A stretch of DNA of 64,000 nucleotides, taken from positions 1 to 64,000 of the forward strand of contig JBDREN010000120.1 of assembly GCA_043819795.1 (NCBI GenBank), given 5' to 3'. A program made the position numbers and the translations under genes. A model generated the notes under the pieces. That model saw nothing but the letters and a program-made list of their open reading frames with translations. It had not been told where the DNA came from and did no database searches. Positions 49,114 to 58,800 of the stretch are shown here, one piece after another (the first letter of the stretch is position 1; each line of letters starts with the position of its first letter). This stretch comes from Elusimicrobiota bacterium (GTDB lineage: Bacteria > Elusimicrobiota > Elusimicrobia > UBA1565).

Positions 49114-50106
49114 ATGACCGGCCCATCAGGCGGCCCCCCGGGGGGCCTTGGCGACGGATCCTGGGTAGACCTCATGCAGGTCTGCCGGAACGGCCATAAG
49201 ATCACCGCCTTCGGGAAGAGCAAGCCCAAGCAACTGGCCGATGCATGCGTCGTCTGCGGCCAGCCCACTTTGACGGCCTGCGGGAAGTGCGGCGCCTGGA
49301 TCCCGGGATACCACCATATGCCGGGCAAGCCCGAGAACGACAAGACCCGCCCCCCGGACTTCTGCTCCGCATGCGGCGCGCGCTTCCCCTGGCAGGGCGT
49401 CCGGTGGGTGGCCAAGCTCCCCCCTAGGCCGGAGGACGTCCCCCTGGTCCCGCCGCAATTCAGGGAACGGCTCGCCAAGACCGCGTCGCGTCTGCGGGGG
49501 CTCATGCCCCGGCCGGCCTACCTCGTCATGGGGCTCCTGCTGGCCTCGACCTGCGCGGCGGCGAGCATCGGCGCGCACGGCTATCTCGAGCGCCCGGCCG
49601 TCAAGCTGGACGTCTCCATGCCGGCCTACGGCAAGCTCATGCGGGGCGTCCACCAGGTGTATATGGTCGTCGGGATGCGCAACAGCGGCGGAAGCCCGGC
49701 CCTGGACCACAAGGTCTATCACGCCTTCCTGAGGCCGCGGGGAGACATCGAGGATTTCCAGTGGAGCCTCGCCGACAGCCTGGAGCCCGGCCAAGCCGGC
49801 AGCCTGCTTCTCCGCAACAAGATCGCGACCGAGGACGTGGCCTCCTCCCTGAAGGCTTTGGGCCGCCAGGAGCTCCTGATCGTCTCCCAGTTCAAATGCA
49901 AATGGCCGATCCTCGGCGCGGCGACCTTCCACCACGTGCTGCGGCTCGGCATGTCCTACCCGCTCGAAGAGACCCCGATCGAGACGCTGGGCAGCGCGCG
50001 TTTTACGACATGGTTCCGGAGCGACGAAGACGCCGCGAGGAAAGCGATCGAGTCCATGGTTGATGCCGAGAGCGCGCCCACGCGCGACCCCGGGACGGAA
50101 GGATAG
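49114..50106 (+). CDS. DUF2321-like Zn-ribbon N-terminus fused to a TM helix and a C-terminal domain
   Basis: QVCRNGH, CVVCG, CGKC and PDFCSACGARFPW, followed by a hydrophobic segment. Confidence 0.7.
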   Translation: MTGPSGGPPGGLGDGSWVDLMQVCRNGHKITAFGKSKPKQLADACVVCGQPTLTACGKCGAWIPGYHHMPGKPENDKTRPPDFCSACGARFPWQGVRWVAKLPPRPEDVPLVPPQFRERLAKTASRLRGLMPRPAYLVMGLLLASTCAAASIGAHGYLERPAVKLDVSMPAYGKLMRGVHQVYMVVGMRNSGGSPALDHKVYHAFLRPRGDIEDFQWSLADSLEPGQAGSLLLRNKIATEDVASSLKALGRQELLIVSQFKCKWPILGAATFHHVLRLGMSYPLEETPIETLGSARFTTWFRSDEDAARKAIESMVDAESAPTRDPGTEG

Positions 50107-50334
50107 CCCGGGATCCGCCCTCCGCGAAGAGCCGAGCCCTCTCCGGCAGGATACGTCCGGCGGCGCCGGCGCGCGCCAAGCCGGATTTTGTCGCCGATAG
50201 CCTACTTTGCTATCATTGTGCCGCACGCACGCTGCGGCCGTGGGTCCTGTCCATCCTCACCGGACTGAAAAGATGGCCGCTCAGGCATTCGGCAGCAAAC
50301 ACGTCCATTGTTGGCTGTCGACGGGAGGAAAGCG

Positions 50335-50742
50335 ATGGCGCGATATCGTAAACGGCGGCGGATCGTCGGCGCAAGCAAAAACGAGAAGAAGGTTCAGCGC
50401 AGGCGTGTCGCGGGATTCGAGCCCGCCAACGCGTCTCTCCTGCGGGAGATCCACCCCTCCGTCACCCGTCTGACGATCCAGTTGCGCTTCATCAGCCCGG
50501 AACAACAGCTGGTGGGGGAGGAGACCCGGACGTTCTCCCCCCAGGATCCGTGCAACTTCGCCTCCGCGTGCCCCGGCTCGTGCGGTACCGGCGCCTTCGA
50601 CGTCGAGGCCAAGATCGGGGAGATGGTGGAGACCAACGAGACCCATGCGGAGAGCACCGGACGGTGCGAGCGGGAGCGCTTCGGGGGCATCCCGCAGCCT
50701 TGCGGCTACGAGCTTCACTGCGAGATCGATATCGCCTACTAG
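50335..50742 (+). CDS. Hypothetical protein with a basic N-terminus and a Cys-rich (possibly Zn-binding) domain
   Basis: GGAGG RBS; CPGSC, GRC and PCGYELHC. Confidence 0.7.
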   Translation: MARYRKRRRIVGASKNEKKVQRRRVAGFEPANASLLREIHPSVTRLTIQLRFISPEQQLVGEETRTFSPQDPCNFASACPGSCGTGAFDVEAKIGEMVETNETHAESTGRCERERFGGIPQPCGYELHCEIDIAY

Positions 50743-50770
50743 ATAGCCCGGGACATCCGGCAGGTGATCG

Positions 50771-50803
50771 GAAGGGCCCGCGACCCAAGGTCGCGGGCCC
50801 TTC
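50771..50803. terminator. Hairpin between convergent genes
   Basis: gaagggcccgcgacc-caa-ggtcgcgggcccttc, a perfect 15-bp stem. Confidence 0.7.
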
Positions 50804-50823
50804 GGTTTCGACGACGCGGCCGC

Positions 50824-51027
50824 CTATCCTAAAGGCTTGACGTTCCCCGCGCGCGGCCCCTTCGGAGAATCCTCCACGTCGAACTCGACCTCCTGGTTCT
50901 CGCGGAGACTCTTGAATCCATCGGCCATGATCGAGCTGTGGTGCACAAAGAGATCCTTCGAGCCGTCCTCAGGCGTGATGAATCCAAAGCCCTTCTGATC
51001 GTTGAACCACTTCACCGTACCTTTCAT
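50824..51027 (-). CDS. cspA: Cold-shock protein
   Basis: GTVKWFN, KGFGFI (RNP1) and LFVHH (RNP2). Confidence 0.95.
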   Translation of the reverse strand: MKGTVKWFNDQKGFGFITPEDGSKDLFVHHSSIMADGFKSLRENQEVEFDVEDSPKGPRAGNVKPLG

Positions 51028-51200
51028 GAATCGCCTCTCCGTACCTGCCGTAAGTTTCGGTTTTGAAGCCGCGACCGAGCCGATGTCGCAAGATTCAAGC
51101 TTACGCCGTCCATCATACCAAGAATTCGCCTCAAGGAACAGAATTTCTTCTCCCACATGTCAGCGCCGGTTGCGCGAAGCGCGGAGTGCGACATATTAGT

Positions 51201-51364
51201 GCGCCGCATGGGCGGCGCGCCTTAGTGGGGGTGACCCGCAAGGCCCACTCTGGCGACGTGGGTCTTGCGGGCCCGAGGGGGCGCAAGCCCCCAGGGCGAG
51301 CACCGAGCGGAGGACTTTTCCTCTCGGAGCGAGGCTTCAGTCCTGAGCGCAGCGAAGGATGCGA
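51201..51364 (-). repeat. Structured dispersed repeat, copy 3
   Basis: Reverse complement aligns to 3217-3372; begins within a few nt of the rnpB 3' end. Confidence 0.85.
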
Positions 51365-51368
51365 AAAA

Positions 51369-51734
51369 GGGGCGGCCTGTACCCCGAATTCTGTCCCCCA
51401 TCCCGAAAGACGGGGGGAGGATCATTTCTCTGATGCAGCTACCGGGCGGTTCCCATCTATCGATGGGGCGCGGACAACGCGTCCCGCCCTATGCCTTGCT
51501 CCCGGTGGGGTTTACCTAGCCCCCGGGGTCGCCCCCGGAGCGGTGAGCTCTTACCTCGCCTTTTCACCCTTACCCTCGGCCCGAAGGCCGAAGGCGGTGT
51601 GTTTTCTGTGGCACTTTCCATGGCGGCGGGCTTTGGCCCGCCGCCTCCCGCCTTTCAACGGGCACCGCGTCCTGCGGAGTTCGGAAGTTCCTCCCCCCCG
51701 CCCGGAAGGCGGGAAGGCGACCCTCCGGCCGCCC
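51369..51734 (-). ncRNA. rnpB: RNase P RNA, bacterial type A
   Basis: Minus strand: P1 ends gggcggcc/ggccgccc, GAGGAA..UCC, GGAAAGUGCCACAGAAAA, GGUGAAAAGGCGAGGUAAGAGCUCACCG, GGUAAACCCC, GAGCAAG and ACAGAA..CGG. Typical position after the Zn-ribbon/rnhA genes. Confidence 0.95.
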
Positions 51735-51740
51735 AAAATC

Positions 51741-52229
51741 TTACTTCAGGAGCTCGCGCGAGACCTCGAAGCGGCGGATGACATCGGGAGCCGCTCCGTC
51801 AAGCTTGCCCGGGCGGAATACCGGGCTTTTTTTTACGGCGTCGAGGGCGTCGTTGGCGAGACGATCGGCCCGCTTGTTCTGCTCGCGCGAGATGTGGACG
51901 ACCTCCACGGTCTTGAACTGCTTGCGGAGGTTCCGGATCTGAAGCATGTACTTGAAAAGGCGCTCGTTCTTGACCCGGTACTCGCCGCTCAGCTGCCGCA
52001 CGAGCAGCTGGGAATCGGAATGCACCGTGATCTCGTCGGCCTTCATCTCGCCGGCGAGGCGCAAGGCGTCGAGCATCGCCGTGTACTCCGCGACGTTGTT
52101 CGTCGTCTCGCCGATATAGCGGTGGTACTCCTTGACGGGACGGCCGGAGGCGTCCTGCAGCACGACCCCCACGGAGGCCGGCCCCGGGTTGCCCCGGCTG
52201 GCGCCGTCGATGTAGATGCTCAGCTTCAT
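51741..52229 (-). CDS. rnhA: Ribonuclease HI
   Basis: DGASRGNPG, TNNVAEY, DSQL and REQNKRADRLAN motifs. Confidence 0.93.
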   Translation of the reverse strand: MKLSIYIDGASRGNPGPASVGVVLQDASGRPVKEYHRYIGETTNNVAEYTAMLDALRLAGEMKADEITVHSDSQLLVRQLSGEYRVKNERLFKYMLQIRNLRKQFKTVEVVHISREQNKRADRLANDALDAVKKSPVFRPGKLDGAAPDVIRRFEVSRELLK

Positions 52230-52966
52230 GTCCCGGTCTTTTCCGCCGCCCTCGGCTCGATCTCGTAGAGGATGCGCTGGCAACTGTCGCAGACCGATAT
52301 CAACTTCCCCTTCTTCGCATGGATCAGGACCTGCACGGGCAGCGTCATGTGGCATTCGCTGCAGGTCTCGCCTTTTACGCGGGCCAACGCGATGCCGTCG
52401 CGGCGCTCGCGCGTGGCGTCGTAGAGCTCCACGATGTCCTCGCGGATCCCGCCGACGTACTCCTTCCGCTTGGCCTCGGCTCCGGGGACCTGCTTCTCGA
52501 GGTCGGACCTGCGATCTTCGAGGGTCTTGATCCACGCGTTGCGCTCGCCCTCGAACGCCTTGAGGCTCTCCTTGACCGCCTTCTCTTCCGTCAAGACCGC
52601 GTCCGCGTCGTCCATCAGCGTCAGGATCGCGGTCTCGAAGTCGCTGACGGCGGCCTTCTCGCCGTCGATCTCCTTGAGCAGAGCCTTGAAAGCCTCGTTG
52701 GTCTTGATCTGGTTGAGCTCCGTCTGATGCTTCTTGATCGCCTCCTCCTTCTCGGCCATCGCGAGCTCTTTCTCCTTCTTGTCGGCCTGTAACCGCTTGG
52801 TCTTCTCGTGGATCTCGTGGAGGCGGGTATTCTCCTGCTCGATCTCGGCGCGCAGGGCCGCGATCTCGCCGGGCACCGAGGCTATAGATTTTCTGAGGGA
52901 GTCCAGGAGATTGTCCTGTTCCTGCAAGAGCAGCAGCTTCTCTAGATCTTCTTTGCTGATCGCCAT
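52226..52966 (-). CDS. Coiled-coil protein with a C4 Zn-ribbon (DUF164-like)
   Basis: Long coiled coil, CSECH and CDSCQRIL. Confidence 0.9.
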   Translation of the reverse strand: MAISKEDLEKLLLLQEQDNLLDSLRKSIASVPGEIAALRAEIEQENTRLHEIHEKTKRLQADKKEKELAMAEKEEAIKKHQTELNQIKTNEAFKALLKEIDGEKAAVSDFETAILTLMDDADAVLTEEKAVKESLKAFEGERNAWIKTLEDRRSDLEKQVPGAEAKRKEYVGGIREDIVELYDATRERRDGIALARVKGETCSECHMTLPVQVLIHAKKGKLISVCDSCQRILYEIEPRAAEKTGT

Positions 52967-53210
52967 AGGAGGAAAGCCATTTAGATTATACAAAAAACCC
53001 CGCCGAGGCGGCTGCGCCATGCGCATGGATCGCGTTCGGAGGCCAATCGTCCGATCACGGCGGTCACGGCCGGGTCGTCATCCGCTGCTAAGGGTCCGGG
53101 ATACGAGACCTCCTACGATAAGCAGGAACGGGCGGGGCCTGGGACGGGTAGGCGCAGCGACGGCGTAGGCGCGGGCGGATGGGAGCGGCGACGCGGAAGG
53201 CCCTTCCCGC

Positions 53211-53816
53211 TTACCGGCCGTAGCGCCCGACCAGCTCGGCCTGGGCCAGTATGTGCCCTTCCATGGCTTGCAGAAGCCATGCCTTGTCGGCCTTCGGTGA
53301 GAGGTCAAGGGCCGTATCCAGGGCGTAAAGCTTGAAGTAGTAGCGGTGCGGTTTCCCAGGCGGCGGGCAGGGACCGTAGTAGCCGACCCGACTGAAGCTC
53401 TCCACCCCCCAGCAGGCGCCCTGCTTCGCGCCTCCGGCGAGGGTCTCCTTCTTCTCCACGCCCTCGGGAAGGCCCTTGGCCTCGCCCGGCATGTCGTAGA
53501 GCACCCAGTGGACCCAAGCGCCGGAAGGCGCGTCCGGGTCGTCCATGATCAGCGCGAGGCTCTTCGTCCCTTCCGGCACGCCGGTCCAGGTCAGCTGAGG
53601 GGACGCGTCGTCTCCGTCACAGGTGTACTTCTTCGGTATCGTCCCGTTGTTTTGGAAGGCGACACTCCGAATATCCATGGGCATGTGGGCGGCCTCCGTC
53701 CCGCTCTCGGTCCGGGCGGCCGGCTCGAGCGCGCTCCGGCTCGCTGGGGGAATCCGTTCCCCGCAGGAGACGAATACGAGCGCTCCGACGGCCACGACAA
53801 CCTGGCGGTTCAGCAT
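53211..53816 (-). CDS. YbhB/YbcL PEBP-family protein, probable lipoprotein
   Basis: DDPDAP, WVHW, GPCPP and HRYYF motifs; lipobox FVSC. Confidence 0.92.
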   Translation of the reverse strand: MLNRQVVVAVGALVFVSCGERIPPASRSALEPAARTESGTEAAHMPMDIRSVAFQNNGTIPKKYTCDGDDASPQLTWTGVPEGTKSLALIMDDPDAPSGAWVHWVLYDMPGEAKGLPEGVEKKETLAGGAKQGACWGVESFSRVGYYGPCPPPGKPHRYYFKLYALDTALDLSPKADKAWLLQAMEGHILAQAELVGRYGR

Positions 53817-53884
53817 GACGACATTATATAACCCTTTGCCGGGGAACGCGATGCTCTCTTGCCACCGCGCGCCGCGCGCTTCGC

Positions 53885-53913
53885 TTGACAGGCCCCGCAG
53901 CGCGGACTAAACT
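53885..53913 (+). promoter_or_regulatory. Sigma70-type promoter
   Basis: TTGACA-N17-TAAACT. Confidence 0.65.
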
Positions 53914-53929
53914 GCCCGAAGAAGGGTTC

Positions 53930-55822
53930 ATGAGCATGGAAGGGCTTCTCTGGATCGAATTCGCGGCACGCCAGTTCGTCGAGGTATTCCTGCATCCTTT
54001 GCTGCTCGGGCATCTCTACGGCATCCTAGCCTTTACCTTCCTGTCCCGGAAAGCCGTCCGGCACGGCTTCCAGGGCCTATCGTGGAAGGCATGGACCGCC
54101 TGGGGGCTCTGCGCTCTTCTGCCCAGCGTGATCCTAGCGTGGCTCTGGCCCGCGCCGTTCCTCGGCGCCGGCGACGCCTGGGAGGAGCTTTGGATGGCCC
54201 GCCTTCTGGCCGACGGCGAGGTCGCGCGCTTCCTCGCCGAGCACCGCCACGGCGCGCTGTTCCCCTATCTGGGCTCCTGGCTGATCCCGGTCTTCGGCGA
54301 GTCTCCCGCCGTCTCGAGCGCGCTCACCCACGCGGCCGGGTTCGGCAACGTCCTGGTGATCTTCCTCCTGACCTACTCATGCTTCCGCGACGAAGCGGCC
54401 TCGGTGTGGGCCGCGACGCTATACGTCTTCTCCCAGTCCTACTTCCGCTTCGTCTTGGCCCTCAAGGGGGCGCCCACGGTCTCCCTGTTCGTCATCGCGT
54501 CCGCGGTCCTTCTCTGGACGATCGCCTACCGGTCGCGCGAGATCCGCCTGCACCTGGCCGCGCTCTGGGCGGCCGCGCTGCTCGTGAACGTGCGAGTGGA
54601 ATTCGGGGTCTACCTCCCGCTCTTCGCGGCCGGATGGTTCCTGCTCTCGGGACCGAAGGAACTGGGCCCGCTCCTGGCGCGGCGCCCGAAGACGGGCGCG
54701 GTGGGGCTGGGGCTTCTTCTCGTGCTCCTGGCGCCGGCGTGCACCAACCTGCTGCCGGGCCTACGGCTCTTTCAAGGCCCCTCGGTGATCGAGAACCTCG
54801 AGGCCTACGGCTGGGGCTCGGCCGGCTACGCGTTCTATTTCGCGCGTCGTGTGCCTGATTGGCTCCGGTATTGGTTCGGCGGGCCCCGCCTTCTACTGCT
54901 CGGCGCGCTGGCCGTCTGCTTCCTGCGTCTCAGGCCCGAGCACCGCAGAACGGCCCTGTGGCTGCTGGGGGGCTTTCTGCTCCACAACGCGGTCTATATC
55001 GCCTTCGTGAACGGGCTCGAAAGGCGATATCTGGTGACCACCTGCGCCCTTCTGCTGCCGCTCCTCGGATACGGCATGGCCCGCGTATGGGACCTCCGAA
55101 GCCGCCTGGCGAAGGCCTTCCTGGTCGCGGCATTCGTCTTTTCCGTGAGCAAGGACCTCCGCCCGTTCTTCCATCCCTCGGACGACCCCAGCGAGCACTC
55201 CTGGAGGCGGCACCAAAACGTGGCGCGCGCCGAAGCCGCCATCAAGGTGCACGCGCGTCACGCGGGAAGGAATGATCCGATCCCCATCCTGGTAGGTAAA
55301 GAGGAGTTTCGCTACTCCTGGCTATTCCTCACCGACCGGACGGTGCTGTCCTTGCAGGACGCGCTCATCTCCGAGCTGGACGCCCGCCGGGAGGAATCCG
55401 CGGGGACGGATCGCCGGAAGACCGCGTTGCCCTCGCTGGCGGGAGAATCGGTCTACTACGTGCGCACGCCGGACAACGGCGATGCCGCGCGCTTGGACGT
55501 GCATCCGTTCGACCGGATGATAAGCGAAGCCTGCCGGGCGGAGCGCGTGGCTCTCGTCGACGATTGGGAGGTCCTGCTGCTCTCCGGCTGCGGCGATCCG
55601 AGAACAAAGAGGAAGTCCCCGCCCCGCAGGCCCTTCAGCTCCGAGATCCGCCACCGCCTCGGCCTCGCGCACCTGCGCCAGAGACGCTTCGCTAAAGCCA
55701 TCGAAGCGTTCCGGGAGGCGCTCCGGCTCGATCCTCGCCACCCTATGGCCCGTCGCGACCTCGGCTTGGCTTACCGCCTGGCCGGGCGGCCCGACGAAGC
55801 GCCGGCCGCGAACGAAGAATAG
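53930..55822 (+). CDS. Polytopic membrane protein (GT-C-like) with a C-terminal TPR
   Basis: Many TM segments, ERRYLV, and TPR LGLAHL..AIEAFREALRLDP. Confidence 0.7.
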   Translation: MSMEGLLWIEFAARQFVEVFLHPLLLGHLYGILAFTFLSRKAVRHGFQGLSWKAWTAWGLCALLPSVILAWLWPAPFLGAGDAWEELWMARLLADGEVARFLAEHRHGALFPYLGSWLIPVFGESPAVSSALTHAAGFGNVLVIFLLTYSCFRDEAASVWAATLYVFSQSYFRFVLALKGAPTVSLFVIASAVLLWTIAYRSREIRLHLAALWAAALLVNVRVEFGVYLPLFAAGWFLLSGPKELGPLLARRPKTGAVGLGLLLVLLAPACTNLLPGLRLFQGPSVIENLEAYGWGSAGYAFYFARRVPDWLRYWFGGPRLLLLGALAVCFLRLRPEHRRTALWLLGGFLLHNAVYIAFVNGLERRYLVTTCALLLPLLGYGMARVWDLRSRLAKAFLVAAFVFSVSKDLRPFFHPSDDPSEHSWRRHQNVARAEAAIKVHARHAGRNDPIPILVGKEEFRYSWLFLTDRTVLSLQDALISELDARREESAGTDRRKTALPSLAGESVYYVRTPDNGDAARLDVHPFDRMISEACRAERVALVDDWEVLLLSGCGDPRTKRKSPPRRPFSSEIRHRLGLAHLRQRRFAKAIEAFREALRLDPRHPMARRDLGLAYRLAGRPDEAPAANEE

Positions 55823-55889
55823 TCTTGGGCATAGCGCGGGTTTTTCATACCATCTCCCATCGCTTGAGCACATCCCCGGGAGATACATC

Positions 55890-58800
55890 ATGACGCGACT
55901 GACCCTATCGCTCGGCCTTCTCGCCACGCAGGCCGCCGCCGAGCCCGCGCTCGCCGATCCGAGAGACTTCACGAAGGACGCCGAGATCGAAGGCTACCGC
56001 GTGATCAGCCTATACCTCGACGTCCAAGGCCAGCCCATGGGGGCCCGCTTCCGCCACGGCAACGGCATGCCGGTCGATATCATCCGGGTTCCCTCGGTCC
56101 CGCAAGTCTCGCTCAACGTGGCCACGCCGCCCGATTCGGACAAGGGGGAGCCCCACACCCAGGAGCATCTCATCCTGGGCAAGGGGAAGACCGGCATCTA
56201 TCTCAACAGCCTGTTCTCTATGAGCCTGGCCGACCACACCGCCGCCACGTACGCGGACGTGACCAACTACCAGTTCCATACCGCGGCCGACAAGGAGACG
56301 TTCTACCGCCTCCTTCACCAGTTCTTCAAGGCCTTGATCCGTCCCGACTACACCGACGAGGAGATCCGCCGGGAGGTGGCGAACCTAGGCGTGGTCGAGG
56401 ATCCGAAGTCCGGGCTGCTGCGTCCCGAAGAGAAAGGGACCGTCTACAACGAGATGGTCTCCACGATGGAGAAATCGGACAGCGTCAACTGGTATCAGAT
56501 GACGCCTCTCATCTTCGGGAAGGACAACCCCATGGCGCGCAACCAAGGGGGGCTGCCCTCCGCGATCCGCGAGATGACCCCGCGGGACATCCGGCGCTTC
56601 CACCGGATCCGCTACCACTTCGGGAGCAACATGGCGCTGATCGCCGCTCTCCCGGCCAGCTATCCCTTCCGCGAGTTCCTCTCGCGCCTCAACGGCGTCA
56701 TGAAAGCCGTCGAGCCCGAGGCGCTCGACGCGGCGCCCGGCTGCCTGCCGCGGACCGGAGGCGGGACCGGTGAGCGGTGCGCCCGCTATCCCGCGATCCC
56801 CCCGTATAAGCCGGCGAAGGGAGCCCCCATCGTCATCGGCTCGTATCCCGGAGAGGACCCGAACCTCCCGCAAAGCGTCGCCTTCTCCTGGAAGCCCCTG
56901 AAACGAGCGCTCTCTCCCCGGGAATCGGTGGAGCTGGGCCTGCTGTTGTCGGTCCTGGCCGACGGCGAGACCTCATTCCTCTATCGGGACCTCATCGATG
57001 AGAAGACGCGCGCGATGGGGTCGGGCGCGACCAACGTGGGCTCCTACTTCCTGGAGGCTCCCGCGAACGTCCCGATGGTATTCCTCTCGGGCCTGCCCCC
57101 CTCCGACCTGACCCGGGACAAGCTGGGCGAGATCCGGAAGGCGGTCATGAACCGCGTCCGTTCCCTCCGCGAGGCGCGGCGGCGCTCCCCCGTGCTCAAG
57201 GAGCTCAACGACAAGGCGGCCTCGCTGCTCTCGTCCCACCGGCGCAGCGCGCTCAAGTTCATCGACGCGCCGCCCGGCTTCGGCCGCCGCCATTCCGGGA
57301 TATCCTGGCACCAGCATCTCGACACCCTGCACCAAGCGCCGGGGTTCCGCAAAGCGTTGGCCATGACCCCCTGGTTCGACGCGGTGGAGAAGAAGCTCAA
57401 GAGCGGAGACAACTTCTGGGAGTCGGTGATCCTGCGAAACGGCCTCGATAAGGAGCCGATCGTCAGCGCGGTCAGGCCGGACAAGTCCCTTTTGGAGTCC
57501 GACAGGAAGGCCAAGGCCGAGCGCCTCAAGGCGCATGAAGCCCGTCTTCTGCGGAAGTTCGGGACCAAGGACGCGCAGCGGGCGCTCGCCCGCCACAAGA
57601 CGGAGCAGGAAAAGAAGACCGCCGAGCTCAAAGAGCAGGAAGAGTCCGTTAAGCGGCCCCGCTTCGTGGGCGATCCGCCCTTGACCCTGGACGAGATGAT
57701 AGACTGGGAGGAAGGCGTCCTGAGCGGCCCGGTCCGGGTGGTGACCAGCCGCTTCCCCTCGACGCCGTTCACCGACGTCCACGTGCTTTTCGACCTGCGG
57801 AGGCTTCCGGAGGAGGACCTCCCCTACCTGCCGGTCCTGCCCCCGCTGCTAACGGAGCTCGGCGCGACCACCCGGGACGGCGAGCGCCTCGACTACGTCG
57901 CGATGCGGGAGCGCTGGCGCGCGGAGATCTACGGCCTGAGCGCCAGCCTTTCCGAGAACCCCCGTACCGGGCGGCTCGAGCTCTCGCTCGCCGCCTCCGG
58001 CTCCGGCCCGCGGGAGAACGTGAAGGCCGTCGAGTGGCTCGAGAACTGCCTCTTTCGGGCGGACGTTTCCAGCCGTACGACCGGCCGCCTGCGGGCGGTC
58101 CTCCGCGACCGGATCCGCGGCTTGCGCCAGATATTCCAGCTCTCGGAGGAACGCTGGGTGCGGCAGGCCGCCGACGCCTACGCCTATCAGGACGATGCCC
58201 GCTGGATGAGCGTGAAGAGTCCCTTCACGCGTCTTCAGCACTTCAACCGCGTCTATTTCCGCCTTGCGGGTTATCCCGACGCCGGGACCCGGGCCCTCGT
58301 CGAAGAGACCCTGCGGGACCTGGCCCGCGAGACGCGCGAGGGGACCCGCGCGCGGATCATGGAGCGGATCGACGGCCTGGCCTCGGGGGCGGGGCTGCGG
58401 CCCGAAAACCCCGAAACGCCGATCCTCGTCGACTTCGGCCAGTACCTGCAGGCCGAGCTGGCTTGGCTGCCCGAAGGAAGCTGGCGCAGGGACCTCGCGC
58501 GGATGATCCGGCAGACCGCGGCCGACCTGGCCCGCGACCCCGCCGCCGAGATGCGCCATATGAAGAATATCCTGTCCGACACGCTCACCAGGCGGAACGC
58601 GCGCGCGGCGCTGACCGGGAACCCGAAGGACACGAGGGACATCCTCCCGGCGCTGCGCTCCTTGGCGGAGGCTCTTCCGAAGGGCAAAAGGCCCTCGTCC
58701 CGCCGAGGACGGACCGGGTCCGTGGTCCTGGCCCGGCTCCGGGAGCGCCATCCGGGCCTCAAGAGGCCGGTCCACGTCGGACTCGTCAACAACAGCACGA

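Noticed and set aside
53000..53210. Possible ncRNA or riboswitch between the Zn-ribbon and PEBP genes
   Set aside because: No recognisable conserved motif or convincing structure by eye.
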